64,000 nucleotides of DNA from Lentisphaerota bacterium (GCA_016873655.1 VGWI01000002.1:25357-89356), one strand, 5' to 3'. Numbered from the stretch's first letter, positions 27,381-39,692 are shown. The notes: generated from the sequence alone by a model not told the origin. Translations and numbers: made by a program.

Positions 27381-28888
27381 TAAACTCCGCAGATTCCGCG
27401 GAACCTGGCGTATGCCTGCTCCCACGCGCCGGGGTCGCGCGGCTTGTATGTCCTGATCGGGAACGCTTTCCGGATCAGCGGCTGGGCGTCGGCCATCGAA
27501 CGGATAACCCCCATCCCCATGGCCTGGACCATCATGTTGCCAACCGCCGTCGCCTCCTCCGGCCCGGCAAGCACGGGCAGCCCGAGGCAATCGGCGGCAA
27601 ACTGGTTCAGCAGCATGTTCCTGCTTCCGCCTCCGACAATATGAACCACCTTCGTCCGGCCGTTGCAGGCCGCGCATATCTGCTCGTTCACAAGCCGGTA
27701 CTTCAGGGCAAGGCTCTCGTAGACGACGCGCAGGAACGTGCCCCTGTCGGCCGGAACCTTCTGGCGCGTGCGGCGGCAGAACGCCGCTATCGCCTTCTCC
27801 ATGTCGGCCGGGTTGTAGAATCCGGTATCGTCCGGATCCACAAACGCCGTGAAAGCCGGGGCTTTCTCCGTCATCTGGTCAAGCACGCTCCACGCGGGCT
27901 CCCTGCCGTCTTTCGTCCGCCAGACACGCCGCAGTTCCTGCACGAGCCACGTGCCCATGCAGTTCTTCAGGAACCGCGTGTTGCCGATCCCGCCCTCGTT
28001 GCTGATGTTGCAGGCCATCGCGGCTTCGGAGGTGATGGGGTTCGCGACCAGTTTGCCAACGAGCGACCATGTGCCCGAACTGATGACCAGCGCTTCCGCC
28101 GGGTCTGACACCGGCGCGGCGGCAAAGGCGGACGCGGTGTCGTGCGACGCCACGGCAACCAGAGCAGCCCGGCTTACGCCGGCGGCTGAGGCCAGGCCGG
28201 CATGCAGACGCCCCACCTTCGCGCCGGGTTCGACGATCCGCGGCATGATGCGTTTCGGAATGCCCAGAGCGCGGAGAATCTCCCCGCTCCAGCAGTGGCG
28301 CCGCGCGTCCATCAGCTGCGTAACGCTCGCCCACGATGAGTCCACGCAGCGCGCGCCGCCAAGGTAGTAGTAGAACAGCGACGGCACAGGCAGGTAGAAG
28401 CACCCGGGGTTCAGCCACCCGCCCCGGTTCTGCATGAACCACAGAAGCTGGTTGCTGACGTTGAACGGCTGGAAGTGGACGCCCGTGATCCCGTAGATGC
28501 GCTCCGGGGCCATCCGTTTCTTCACCTCATCAACCATGCGGTCAAGCCTGTGGTCGCGGTAGCAGTACATCTTCCCAAGCGGATCGCCGTCGGCGGTCAT
28601 CATCTGCCCGTCGGCGCCCCATGTGTCTATGCCTATTGAATCCAGCGAGCGGCCTTCGCTGCGCCCGAACTCCTCGAGACCAAGCAGTATGTTGCGGTAG
28701 AGAAGAGTGTCGTCCCAATGCGCGCGCTCGGCGAGCCGTCCCTTCGCGTCCGCGACGCGGAAGGTCACGCCTTCGTGCGGGAAACGGTGCACCTCGCGCA
28801 TGGAGAAACCGCCCCGCCCGATCGTTCCGGCAAAGCACTTTCCGCCGGATGCGCCAAGATCAACCGCAAACAGACGCGCCTTCTTCAC
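27380..28888 (-). CDS. rhaB: rhamnulokinase (FGGY kinase family)
   Basis: The motifs AVDLGASGG, IGIDTWGAD, VASHDTASA, SSGTWSL, NISNEGG, LKNCMGTWL and HIVGGGSRNMLLNQFAADC match E. coli RhaB nearly motif for motif. Confidence 0.85.
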   Translation of the reverse strand: MKKARLFAVDLGASGGKCFAGTIGRGGFSMREVHRFPHEGVTFRVADAKGRLAERAHWDDTLLYRNILLGLEEFGRSEGRSLDSIGIDTWGADGQMMTADGDPLGKMYCYRDHRLDRMVDEVKKRMAPERIYGITGVHFQPFNVSNQLLWFMQNRGGWLNPGCFYLPVPSLFYYYLGGARCVDSSWASVTQLMDARRHCWSGEILRALGIPKRIMPRIVEPGAKVGRLHAGLASAAGVSRAALVAVASHDTASAFAAAPVSDPAEALVISSGTWSLVGKLVANPITSEAAMACNISNEGGIGNTRFLKNCMGTWLVQELRRVWRTKDGREPAWSVLDQMTEKAPAFTAFVDPDDTGFYNPADMEKAIAAFCRRTRQKVPADRGTFLRVVYESLALKYRLVNEQICAACNGRTKVVHIVGGGSRNMLLNQFAADCLGLPVLAGPEEATAVGNMMVQAMGMGVIRSMADAQPLIRKAFPIRTYKPRDPGAWEQAYARFRGICGV

Positions 28889-29547
28889 TACCTGACTCCC
28901 TCCATCATCTTGATCCTGTGCTTCGGCCCTTCCAGCGCCATGAGGTCATTGACCTGTTTCGACGAAAGAAACCGCGGCTTGCCGACAACCGCGGCGGCGA
29001 CCATGGACTTTGCCGCGTCCTCGACGACGACGCAGCGGTAGTAGGCCTGCTTCATCGTCACCCCGAGCGCGGCTATGCCGTGGTTCACCATGAAGATCGT
29101 GTCGCACTTCGCCGCCTTCGCCGCCATTGCATCCGCAAGCATCTGCGTGGTCGGCGTGATGTATGGCACGGTGCCGACACGTCCGAGATCGCACACGAAC
29201 TCGGCGAACATCGGCCGCAACCGCGCGCCGGAGCTGATGACCCCTGACGCCCACGGTGAATGGGTGTGGAACACGCATGTCACGTCCGGACGCTCGTGGT
29301 ATATGGCGAGGTGCATGTTCACCTCGGAAGTGGGCTTGCGCGCGCCGGACACCTGCTTCCCCGTCTCAAGCTCCATGCCGCACAGATCGGCCGGGGCCAT
29401 GTCGTCCATCGCCACGCCGCTGGGCTTCATCCAGACAATCCCGCCCTCCCGCGCGCTGATGTTCCCGCCGGCGCCGGCCACCAGCCCGGCATTCGCGATC
29501 TTGATTCCGTACTGAACCAGTTCCTTCCTCACAGCCAACGAAGCCAT
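28888..29547 (-). CDS. class II aldolase/adducin-family aldolase (rhamnulose-/fuculose-1-phosphate aldolase-like)
   Basis: Zn-binding His motifs (HTHSP, MVNHG) in the class II aldolase fold. It overlaps rhaB by 1 nt. Confidence 0.8.
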   Translation of the reverse strand: MASLAVRKELVQYGIKIANAGLVAGAGGNISAREGGIVWMKPSGVAMDDMAPADLCGMELETGKQVSGARKPTSEVNMHLAIYHERPDVTCVFHTHSPWASGVISSGARLRPMFAEFVCDLGRVGTVPYITPTTQMLADAMAAKAAKCDTIFMVNHGIAALGVTMKQAYYRCVVVEDAAKSMVAAAVVGKPRFLSSKQVNDLMALEGPKHRIKMMEGVR

Positions 29548-29796
29548 CTTCTACCTCCCCTTGCTCTTCAGGTCTTGCCAAAAAGAAACCGGATTGTACC
29601 CAAACGGTTGCCATGCCCGCAAGTTTCCGGCAACGGCCGTTGAACGGCCCTGATACTCACACATTCCCGAACCTTTCCTGAAGCTGATTCTTCCGCAAAG
29701 CAGCGGGCCGAATACCGTCGCCTCTCGATCCGGCACTGCCGGAGGGTCGTCAAGAAGACGGTTTTCAAGGGAACGAGGAGCAGATACATTGGCGCC

Positions 29797-30330
29797 ATGA
29801 CAGGCCGACAGTTCTACGATTGGCAGACCGGCGGCGGCGGGGACGACGTCATGCGCATGGTAAACGCGCTTGAGCGATCCGAGCTGCCTTGGTGTGCCAT
29901 TGGAGGAGTGGCCGTCAATCACTGGGCCAGAGAGCCCATGGTTACGCGGGACGTTGATTTTGTTGTCGCCGTTGACCATGTTGAGAGGGCTGTGGACGCC
30001 ATGGCTGCAGCCGGGTTCAAGGCCGAAAGGCACGAATGGTCCATCAACTTCACCGGCAGGTCACAAGTCAGCATGCAGCTCAGCACCGAGGACTTCTACC
30101 GCGAGTTCCCGTCGCGCTCGGTTCCGGCGGATGTCCACGGCATTCTGTTGAGAGTGGCGTCTCTCGAAGACACGCTTGCGGGCAAGATCAAGGCATGGAG
30201 CGACGCCGCGCGGCGTCCGAGCAAGCACATCAAGGATCTGGGCGATATCGCCCGTTTGGTTGAGGCGCACCCGCGGCTCCAGTCCGCTCTCCCAGGCAGT
30301 GTCCGAAAGGCGCTTGAAGCAAACACCTGA
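29797..30330 (+). CDS. minimal nucleotidyltransferase-fold protein (MNT/AbiEii-like; uncharacterised)
   Basis: An NTase signature, GGVAVNHWAREPMVTRDVDFVV (GG...T.D.D), plus a C-terminal helical region. It is on the opposite strand to the flanking rha genes. Confidence 0.45.
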   Translation: MTGRQFYDWQTGGGGDDVMRMVNALERSELPWCAIGGVAVNHWAREPMVTRDVDFVVAVDHVERAVDAMAAAGFKAERHEWSINFTGRSQVSMQLSTEDFYREFPSRSVPADVHGILLRVASLEDTLAGKIKAWSDAARRPSKHIKDLGDIARLVEAHPRLQSALPGSVRKALEANT

Positions 30331-30402
30331 AACCTGACCACGAGTCAGGCGTCCTGAGCCCCGCCTGACTTGCCGTCATACGCCCGGCTGAGCGGGCCGG
30401 GC

Positions 30403-31662
30403 TCAACCGCGTTTGTTCAGCACCTTCTTCTCGTACTTCCTTGCCTCGGCCAGCCAGGCTGCGCCGACGGGGACGCCGGCGGCGAGACAGTGGTAGTCCC
30501 ACACCGCGGATACCGGCATGTTCTTCGCCTCTTCCATCAACGCGAGTCTGCCGGTGAGGTCGCCGTCAGCTTCGAGTTCCTTGAGCTTCGCGGCCGGCGA
30601 GAGCAGCGCCTCAAGCATCGCGCGCAGCATCGCGCGCATCCCGATTGCCCACGCAGCCACGCGGTTGATGCTGGCGTCGAAGTAGTCCAGCCCGATGTGC
30701 ACACGGTTAATGCAATCGCAACGCACTATTTCGTCGGCCACGGCGCGGATGTCGTCGCCCAGCACCACGACGTGATCGCTGTCCCACCGGACGCCGCGAC
30801 TGACATGCAGCAGTACGTCGTCCAGGAACAGCAGGACCGACGAGAGCTTGTCGGATATCGTCTCGGTCGGATGGAAATGGCCGCTGTCCAGGCAGATGGC
30901 CTTGCGATTCTCGATCGCGTACGCAAGGTAGAACTCGTGCGACCCGGCAACGTAGGACTCGGTGCCGATGCCGAAGAGTTTGCTTTCCACGGCGTCCATG
31001 TTGTGCCGGGGATTCAGCGGCCCGGCGAATATCTCGTCGAGCGACTGTTGAAGCCGCCTGCGCGGGGACATGCGGTCGGCCGGAGCATCCTTGTAGCCGT
31101 CGGGAATCCAGACATTCGTGATGCAGGTCTTGCCCAGCGTCTTCCCGAACGCCGCGCCTATCTCGCGGCACGCGATCCCGTGCCGCACCCAGAACCTGCG
31201 CGTTTCCTCGTCCGGACTCGTGAGGGTGAATCCGCCCGCCGCCCTGGGATGGGCGAAGAACGTGGGGTTGAAGTCCACGCCAAGCCCCTGTTCCTTCGCC
31301 CATCCGGCCCAGCCGCGGAACTGGTCGAAGGATATCGCATCACGGTCAACCTTCTTCCCGCCGAATTCGCCGTAGATGGCATGGAGATTCAGGCGGTGCC
31401 TGCCCGGGATCAGGCTGTAGGCCTTTTCGAGATCGGCGCGCAGTTCTTCCGGCGTCCGCGCGCGGCCCGGATGGTTGCCGGTGGCCATGATGCCGCCGTC
31501 GGTGAGCGATCCGGCGTTCTCGAATCCGCCAACGTCGTCGCCCTGCCAGCAGTGCATTGAGAGTGCGACTGCACGAAGCGCCGCAAGCGCCGCTTCCGTG
31601 TCAACGCCCGACTCGGCATAGCGCTCACGCGCCAGTTGGTACGCCTTCTCGACAGCCTTCAT
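30403..31662 (-). CDS. rhaA: L-rhamnose isomerase
   Basis: A 419-aa product from the internal Met at 31662, the same length as E. coli RhaA. Its characteristic motifs include HCWQGDDVGGFE, RLNLHAIY and DSGHFHPTE. Confidence 0.85.
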   Translation of the reverse strand: MKAVEKAYQLARERYAESGVDTEAALAALRAVALSMHCWQGDDVGGFENAGSLTDGGIMATGNHPGRARTPEELRADLEKAYSLIPGRHRLNLHAIYGEFGGKKVDRDAISFDQFRGWAGWAKEQGLGVDFNPTFFAHPRAAGGFTLTSPDEETRRFWVRHGIACREIGAAFGKTLGKTCITNVWIPDGYKDAPADRMSPRRRLQQSLDEIFAGPLNPRHNMDAVESKLFGIGTESYVAGSHEFYLAYAIENRKAICLDSGHFHPTETISDKLSSVLLFLDDVLLHVSRGVRWDSDHVVVLGDDIRAVADEIVRCDCINRVHIGLDYFDASINRVAAWAIGMRAMLRAMLEALLSPAAKLKELEADGDLTGRLALMEEAKNMPVSAVWDYHCLAAGVPVGAAWLAEARKYEKKVLNKRG

Positions 31663-31842
31663 CGAATGTCCTCCGGATGTTCCCCGACGAATGCCGGTCA
31701 GGGTAGCAGACGCCCGCTGCGAGTGGAAACCGAAACCACGTACGTCACGCGGGCCGGGGCATTGCATGCCGTGGTGTCTCGCGGCGCCGGACTCTCTTCC
31801 TTGACGCCGGGGGCGGGACGGCCCGATACTCCCGCCACTGCG

Positions 31843-32340
31843 ATGAAGCCGGATATCTCCGTATACAACGTTCTGAAGTGTCTGCCTTTCTGGTCCATGT
31901 TCTTCGGATGGGCCATAGCGCAGGGCACGAAGATGCTCTGCGTTCTCTACTATTCCGGCAAACTCGACTTCAGCTACATCGTCAGCACCGGCGGCATGCC
32001 CAGCGCGCACTCGGCGATGGTCACGGCGCTTGCAACTTCCGTCGGCATGGTGCTCGGGTTCGCGTCCGTTGAGTTCACGATGTCGCTCGCCTTCGCGCTC
32101 GTGGTGATGTTTGACGCCTCGACGGTACGCCGCGCGGCGGGCCAGCAGGCGCGCCTGCTGAACGAGATAGTCGACGAACTCTTCAAGGAGCACCATCTCT
32201 CCGAACGCAAGCTGAAGGAACTCCTCGGACACACCCGGATGGAAGTGTTCATGGGGCTGCTGATGGGCCTCGTGACGGGCATAATGGTCACGAGTCTCGG
32301 GACGCTGATCTCAGAACAAGCATCACTCCGTCTGCGGTGA
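31843..32340 (+). CDS. divergent PAP2/acid-phosphatase-like membrane protein (DUF212/YuiD family)
   Basis: MKPDISVYNVLKCLPFWSMFFGW...GGMPSAHSAMVTALATSVG, with a PAP2-like PSxHS motif. Confidence 0.6.
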   Translation: MKPDISVYNVLKCLPFWSMFFGWAIAQGTKMLCVLYYSGKLDFSYIVSTGGMPSAHSAMVTALATSVGMVLGFASVEFTMSLAFALVVMFDASTVRRAAGQQARLLNEIVDELFKEHHLSERKLKELLGHTRMEVFMGLLMGLVTGIMVTSLGTLISEQASLRLR

Positions 32341-32542
32341 CTTCCATGGACCCGGCGCCGACCCGCCAGCGCTCTTCCCCTCCCGCCGGCGGCGTCACGG
32401 CCATTTCACCCTGAATGATCTCGCAGAGAAATTTCTCGTGCCGCGGCAGAACGGCCCGGCGTCCGCTGGGAGTGGGCACGTTCACCCCGGACACCGCGCG
32501 CGGCGGGTGATGGACATCCGGGGTAACGATCTCGAGAGTCAT
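32288..32542 (-). CDS. atpC: ATP synthase F1 epsilon subunit (short form, beta-sandwich domain only)
   Basis: The C-terminal 84 aa of ORF 32288..32947, MTLEIVTPDV...GRRAVLPRHEKFLCEIIQGEMAV...ADGVMLVL, match the epsilon N-domain. The gene lies directly downstream of atpD. Confidence 0.55.
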   Translation of the reverse strand: MTLEIVTPDVHHPPRAVSGVNVPTPSGRRAVLPRHEKFLCEIIQGEMAVTPPAGGEERWRVGAGSMEVTADGVMLVLRSASRDS

Positions 32543-32561
32543 CGTGCTCGGCGGCACGGCG

Positions 32562-34810
<2,249 letters not shown>

Positions 34811-34834
34811 TCCACACCCCCGTCGAAGAAAGCG

Positions 34835-36385
34835 CTACGTTGACTTTCCTTTGCCCTTCGCCCCGGCCGAAGGCGCAAAAACCCGCTGGAACTGCTGCAT
34901 GGCCGCCTCGAGCATCGCCGCCATTTCAGGGCCGAGCCGGCCTGTCGCCTTCATCCCGTCGGCGAAACCCGGATAGCCCACGGCGACAAGCTGCACCCAT
35001 TCGGACTGAAACCGCGCAACATCCTCGACAGCGATGCCGTCTAAATATCCCTTTCCGGCAGCCCAGAACACGCTGGCCTGCGCCGCCACCGGCATTGGTT
35101 CGTGAGGAGGCTGCTTCAGAAGCTCCGCAAGCCGGCGGCCGCGGCGAAGCTGCTGCATCGTCGCCTTGTCGAGATCGGAGGTGAGCTCGGCGAAGGATGC
35201 GACCTCCCTGTACTGCGCAAGCTCCATGCGAAGCTGGATGGCGACTTTCCTGATCGCCCCGATCTGCGCCTTGCCGCCAACGCGCGATACGCTGAGCCCG
35301 ACGTTCACGGCGGGCCTGAATCCTTCATGAAAGAGGTCGCCGTCGAGATATATCTGCCCATCGGTTATCGAAACGAGATTCGTTGGAATGTAGGCGGAGT
35401 AGTCGCCCTGCTGCGTCTCGGCGATCGGCAGAGCGGTGATCGAGCCACCTCCGAGCGCGCTAGTCACGCGGCCGGCGCGCTCGAGCAGCCGGCTGTGCAG
35501 GTAGAATATGTCGCCGGGGTACGCCTCCCGGCCCGGCGGCCGGCGCAGCAGGAGCGACAGTTCCCTGTACGCAACGGCGTGCTTGGAGAGATCGTCATAG
35601 ACTATCAGCACGTCGCGGCCCCGGTCGCGGAAGTACTCGGCCATGGCGCAACCGGCGAACGGGGCTATGAACTGGAGCGGGGATGAGTCGCCGGCGGTCG
35701 CGGCAACAATGATCACGTTCCCGAGCACGCCGCGTTCCCGGAACAGCTCGGCCGTCGCGGTCACGTTGGACATCTTCTGTCCTATCGCCACGTAAATGCA
35801 CACCACGTCGCCCGGTTCCTGGTTGAGAATGGCGTCTATCGCGACGGTGGTCTTGCCCGTCTGCCTGTCGCCGATGATGAGCTCGCGCTGGCCGCGCCCG
35901 ATGGCCGTGAGCGCATCCACGCTCTTCAGCCCGGTCTGCAGCGGCACCGACACCGGCTCGCGTTCGGAGATGCCGGGCGCGTCGGACTCGATCCGGCGTG
36001 TTTCCGAGGTCCGCACCGGCCCCTTCCCGTCAAGCGGCCGCCCAAGCGGGCCGACGATACGGCCCAGCAGCGCCTCGCCAACCGCGGTCTCGAGAACCCG
36101 GCAGGTTCGGCGCACAACGTCGCCCTGGTGAACCGCGGCCGGGTCGCCAAGAACAACCACACTGACGCGGTCGCGCTCAAGATTCATGACCATTCCCGGC
36201 TGGCCGCCGGGGAACTCGACCATTTCGGCCGCCATCGCGCCGGGCAGGCCGTCCACGCCCGCGATGCCGCCGCCGGCCTCGATCACGTACCCGGTCTCTT
36301 CCGGACCGAGCTGCTCCCTGTGATTGCGCAGCGCCGATTCCAGAGCCGCGTTCACGACCGAAGGATCTATGTTCAGAACGTTCAT
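34835..36385 (-). CDS. atpA: ATP synthase F1 alpha subunit
   Basis: The internal Met at 36385 gives MNVLNIDPSVV... It has Walker A GDRQTGKT. The 77-aa N-terminal extension of the ORF is rejected. Confidence 0.9.
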   Translation of the reverse strand: MNVLNIDPSVVNAALESALRNHREQLGPEETGYVIEAGGGIAGVDGLPGAMAAEMVEFPGGQPGMVMNLERDRVSVVVLGDPAAVHQGDVVRRTCRVLETAVGEALLGRIVGPLGRPLDGKGPVRTSETRRIESDAPGISEREPVSVPLQTGLKSVDALTAIGRGQRELIIGDRQTGKTTVAIDAILNQEPGDVVCIYVAIGQKMSNVTATAELFRERGVLGNVIIVAATAGDSSPLQFIAPFAGCAMAEYFRDRGRDVLIVYDDLSKHAVAYRELSLLLRRPPGREAYPGDIFYLHSRLLERAGRVTSALGGGSITALPIAETQQGDYSAYIPTNLVSITDGQIYLDGDLFHEGFRPAVNVGLSVSRVGGKAQIGAIRKVAIQLRMELAQYREVASFAELTSDLDKATMQQLRRGRRLAELLKQPPHEPMPVAAQASVFWAAGKGYLDGIAVEDVARFQSEWVQLVAVGYPGFADGMKATGRLGPEMAAMLEAAMQQFQRVFAPSAGAKGKGKST

Positions 36386-37182
36386 TACCGGTCCGATGTC
36401 CGGTGCCACTTCGGCAGCCTTGTGGCCCGGGTTTCCGCGCTGCGCGCGCCGCCCGACTTGCGGTGCACGCTGATCCAACTCTCCGCACAAAGGGCGGGAT
36501 ACGAGGTAAGCACGTCGAAAACAAGTCTGCCCGACTCCCTGCCCCTGAGGTTCCGCTCGCCGAACCTGGCGGTGAACCATGTTGACGCCTTCACGGCCGG
36601 CGCGAAAAGCAGCCACAGCAGCGCGCTCTTGAGCTTGAAACCCGCGCCGGCGAAGTCCGCGATATCCATGCCGATCGAGTGCGCCTGGTAGAGGTAGACC
36701 GGCAGATACACCGGGTGGTTGTGGAAAGTGAAAGCCTTGCCCGGCGGGACATCAAACCCGATGAACGCGCGCTTGACCTTCAGGAAGCCGGTAAAGAAAT
36801 AGTGCAGCCTCGAGCTGAGCCTGTTTATGTTCGGGGAAAGCACCACCAGGAAGCCGCCGTCCCTGAGCACGCGCGCCGCCTCGGCAAGCGTGCGCGCGTG
36901 GTCGGAGAGATGCTCTATTACGTCGCACAGGACCACGCAGTCGAACGCCGCGTCCGGGAAAGGCAGGCCGGAAATCACGCTCACTCCCGTCGTCACCGGC
37001 ACGCCGTCAGGAACAGTGTCGTACTCCGAGTAGTTCGTGCCGCGCACCGGGTAGCCGTCCGCCTTCAGCCGCCTCAGCAGCCTGCCCTCGCCGCAGCTTA
37101 TTTCGAGCACTTCGCCGCCGGGGCTGACGTGCTTGCGTATGAGCCTGTGACACCCGCGCTGTCGCTCATTCATGTCTGTCAT
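36385..37182 (-). CDS. class I SAM-dependent methyltransferase
   Basis: SAM-binding motif I, VLEISCGEGRL, and motif II, DCVVLCDVIEH. Its stop overlaps the atpA start by 1 nt, so it occupies the position where atpH usually sits. Confidence 0.7.
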   Translation of the reverse strand: MTDMNERQRGCHRLIRKHVSPGGEVLEISCGEGRLLRRLKADGYPVRGTNYSEYDTVPDGVPVTTGVSVISGLPFPDAAFDCVVLCDVIEHLSDHARTLAEAARVLRDGGFLVVLSPNINRLSSRLHYFFTGFLKVKRAFIGFDVPPGKAFTFHNHPVYLPVYLYQAHSIGMDIADFAGAGFKLKSALLWLLFAPAVKASTWFTARFGERNLRGRESGRLVFDVLTSYPALCAESWISVHRKSGGARSAETRATRLPKWHRTSDR

Positions 37183-37356
37183 GCGTTCACGCGCTCCTCA
37201 ACTGTTCGCCGGCACGGATGCGAACACTGAACATCATGGGACCAAACCGCGCAAGGCCGGATTTCGACGCGGCCCTGCGCAGGGGTTGCCGGTTGACCCG
37301 CCATACGACCGCACAGTAGACTCGACATCGGATACAGGAGGGAGGAGCTTCCACCG

Positions 37357-39183
37357 ATGAAACGCCTTGCTATGGCAGCCGTCTTCTTCGCCGGCCTCGC
37401 CGCCGCGATGGAGCTTTCAGATCTTTCGCCCGAAGCGAGGAAGCTCTTCCCGGAAGAGCGCGAGGGAATAGTCGAGCTGCCGGACGGCGCAACGGTCCGC
37501 GGCATCGTTGTCCAGGACACGCCAGCGTCCGTCGTGCTCAAGACGCGCAAGTCGGACACGGTTACCATGTCGCGCGAGTACAGGCGGGCAGACATCAAGT
37601 CCTTCCAGTATCTCGACATCGAACCGGCGTTCGCGGCCGTCCTGCTCGACATGGAACTCGACGAGGAGAACAGCCTGCCGCTGGAGGACCTGGACCGCGC
37701 CGTCGCCCTCTTCGACGAGTTTCTCGCCAAAGCCGCGCCGCGCGCGGTGGACCGCCAGGCCGTGACGGAGAAACGCGCGCTGCTCGCGGACGAGCTGGAA
37801 AAAGTCCGGCGCGGCTGGGAGAAGATCGAGGGGGCCTGGCTGGCCCCGGTCCAGGCCGCCGTGAAGAGATTCGACGTGTACACACGCCGCATAGGCGAAC
37901 TGGAGAAGAGGGCTGACTTCAAGACCAACCCGAAGGTGTCCCAGGCGCGCGATGACCTCGTGGAGAAACGGCGCGCCACGGCAAGGGCGCTCCCGGGAAT
38001 GATGCAGACTAGGGTGCCGGAACTGGTCGGGAAACGCGCATTCGATGAGGTGGTCGACGAAATGGGCGCGTTCATGAGTTTCTGGATCAAGCAGGTTGTA
38101 CGCACTGAAGGCCCGGCCGCGAAAGTGATGGGCGAGATGGATTTCGACTACATCATGCGCCTGCAGAACCAGATCATGGATGCGTACCGCGCCTCCGGCA
38201 TCGGCACCACCATCACCCGCATGCCCCCGCAGGCGAAAGACATGGTCTACGTGCCCGGCGGCTATTTCCTGATGGGGCGGCGCGACGCAAAACCGAACGA
38301 CCCGGCTTTCCCCATGCACTTCGTCTATGTGCCGCCGTTCCTGATGGACAAGTACGAGGTGAGCAACGCCGAGTACCGGCGGTTCGTCGAGCACGTGCGC
38401 GCCACCGCCGACTCCTCGATGGAACACCCGGACGCGCCGCCGCTGAAGAGCCACGACCCGGACGGATGGACAAGGCCCGAACTGGGCAAGGACCGGCAGC
38501 CGGTCGTCGGCGTGGACTGGTTCGACGCCTACGCCTACGCCAAGTGGGTCGGGAAGTCGCTCCCGACCGAGGCGCAGTGGGAGAAAGCCGCGCGCGGGCT
38601 CGACGGGCGCCTCTACCCGTGGGGCGACGACCCGCCGGAGAAGACGGCCGTGAACTTCGCGCCCGGCCGCGAATTCCTGGCAAGGGAGATCGACCGGCAG
38701 AAACCGCCGCCCCCGCCGCCGCCCCCGCCGCGCTTCGGCTGCGGCTGCATAGCGAAGAACGAGGAACCGCCGCCCCCGCCGCCGCCCACGGAGCTGAAGG
38801 CGGCCACGTACGACGTTGACAAATCGCTGCCGGCGCTCGCGCTTGAGCTCAAGGCGGGCGAGATGTTCGAGTGGAGCAAGGAATACCCGAGCCCGTACGG
38901 AGTTCTCCACATGGCCGGCAACGCGGCGGAATGGGTGCTGGATGGCTACGAACCGGCCTTCTACGGCGAATCGCCAGTTCGCAACCCGCTCGCGGCCGCC
39001 GGGCCCAATTCGCCGCGAATTCATCGCGGCGGGTCCTACCTGTCCCGGAATCCGGACGACCTGAAGACCTACTCGCGCGGTATTGCCACAGGAGAGAAGG
39101 AGAAGTCCGGGAACGACGCCGGCGGACGGCCAATGGTCGGGTTCAGGTGCGTGAAGAACCTGGATATCGCGGGAGGCAACTGA
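37357..39183 (+). CDS. secreted FGE/SUMF1 (formylglycine-generating enzyme)-domain protein with poly-proline inserts
   Basis: A signal peptide and an N-terminal helical region of about 290 aa. The FGE-sulfatase domain includes YVPGGYFLMG, VSNAEYRRF, GVDWFDAYAYAKW and RGGSYL. PPPPPPPPRFGCGCIAKNEEPPPPPPP is inserted in the domain. Confidence 0.8.
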   Translation: MKRLAMAAVFFAGLAAAMELSDLSPEARKLFPEEREGIVELPDGATVRGIVVQDTPASVVLKTRKSDTVTMSREYRRADIKSFQYLDIEPAFAAVLLDMELDEENSLPLEDLDRAVALFDEFLAKAAPRAVDRQAVTEKRALLADELEKVRRGWEKIEGAWLAPVQAAVKRFDVYTRRIGELEKRADFKTNPKVSQARDDLVEKRRATARALPGMMQTRVPELVGKRAFDEVVDEMGAFMSFWIKQVVRTEGPAAKVMGEMDFDYIMRLQNQIMDAYRASGIGTTITRMPPQAKDMVYVPGGYFLMGRRDAKPNDPAFPMHFVYVPPFLMDKYEVSNAEYRRFVEHVRATADSSMEHPDAPPLKSHDPDGWTRPELGKDRQPVVGVDWFDAYAYAKWVGKSLPTEAQWEKAARGLDGRLYPWGDDPPEKTAVNFAPGREFLAREIDRQKPPPPPPPPPRFGCGCIAKNEEPPPPPPPTELKAATYDVDKSLPALALELKAGEMFEWSKEYPSPYGVLHMAGNAAEWVLDGYEPAFYGESPVRNPLAAAGPNSPRIHRGGSYLSRNPDDLKTYSRGIATGEKEKSGNDAGGRPMVGFRCVKNLDIAGGN

Positions 39184-39221
39184 TCGGCACTCAACCGCAA
39201 GGCGGGAAGGAGGATGACACC

Positions 39222-39692
39222 ATGGAAATCAGGATCGACAGGATTCTCTGTCCGGTGGACTTCTCGATGAACTCGGAACACGCGCTGCTGTATGCAACCG
39301 CCTTCGCAACTTCGCACGGTGCGGAACTGCTGCTGCTTCATGTCGTTCCCCCGCCGGTTTACGAGGGAATGGATGTCGGCGGATTCTATGAACTTCCCGC
39401 CGAGGCGGTGCAGGAATTGGCCGATGCCTGCAACCGCCGCCTGGAGCAGGTTGCGGAGTCGGCACGGAAGCGCCATCCGAAGGTGGCGGCGAAACTTGTG
39501 AGCGGCAACCCGTTCCTCGAAATCGTGAAGACCGCGCGGGAAGAGAAGGCGGATCTGATCGTGATGGGCACGCACGGCCGCACGGGCATGGCGCATGTCC
39601 TCATGGGCAGCGTGGCGGAACGGGTGGTGCGCAAGGCACCGTGCCCGGTCCTGACCGTGAAACATCCGGAACACGAGTTCGTGATGCCGTAG
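39222..39692 (+). CDS. universal stress protein (UspA family)
   Basis: A strong SD, GGAAGGAGGA. The motifs ILCPVDFS...LLLHVV and ADLIVMGTHGRTG...GSVAERVVRKAPCPVLTV are present. Confidence 0.85.
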   Translation: MEIRIDRILCPVDFSMNSEHALLYATAFATSHGAELLLLHVVPPPVYEGMDVGGFYELPAEAVQELADACNRRLEQVAESARKRHPKVAAKLVSGNPFLEIVKTAREEKADLIVMGTHGRTGMAHVLMGSVAERVVRKAPCPVLTVKHPEHEFVMP

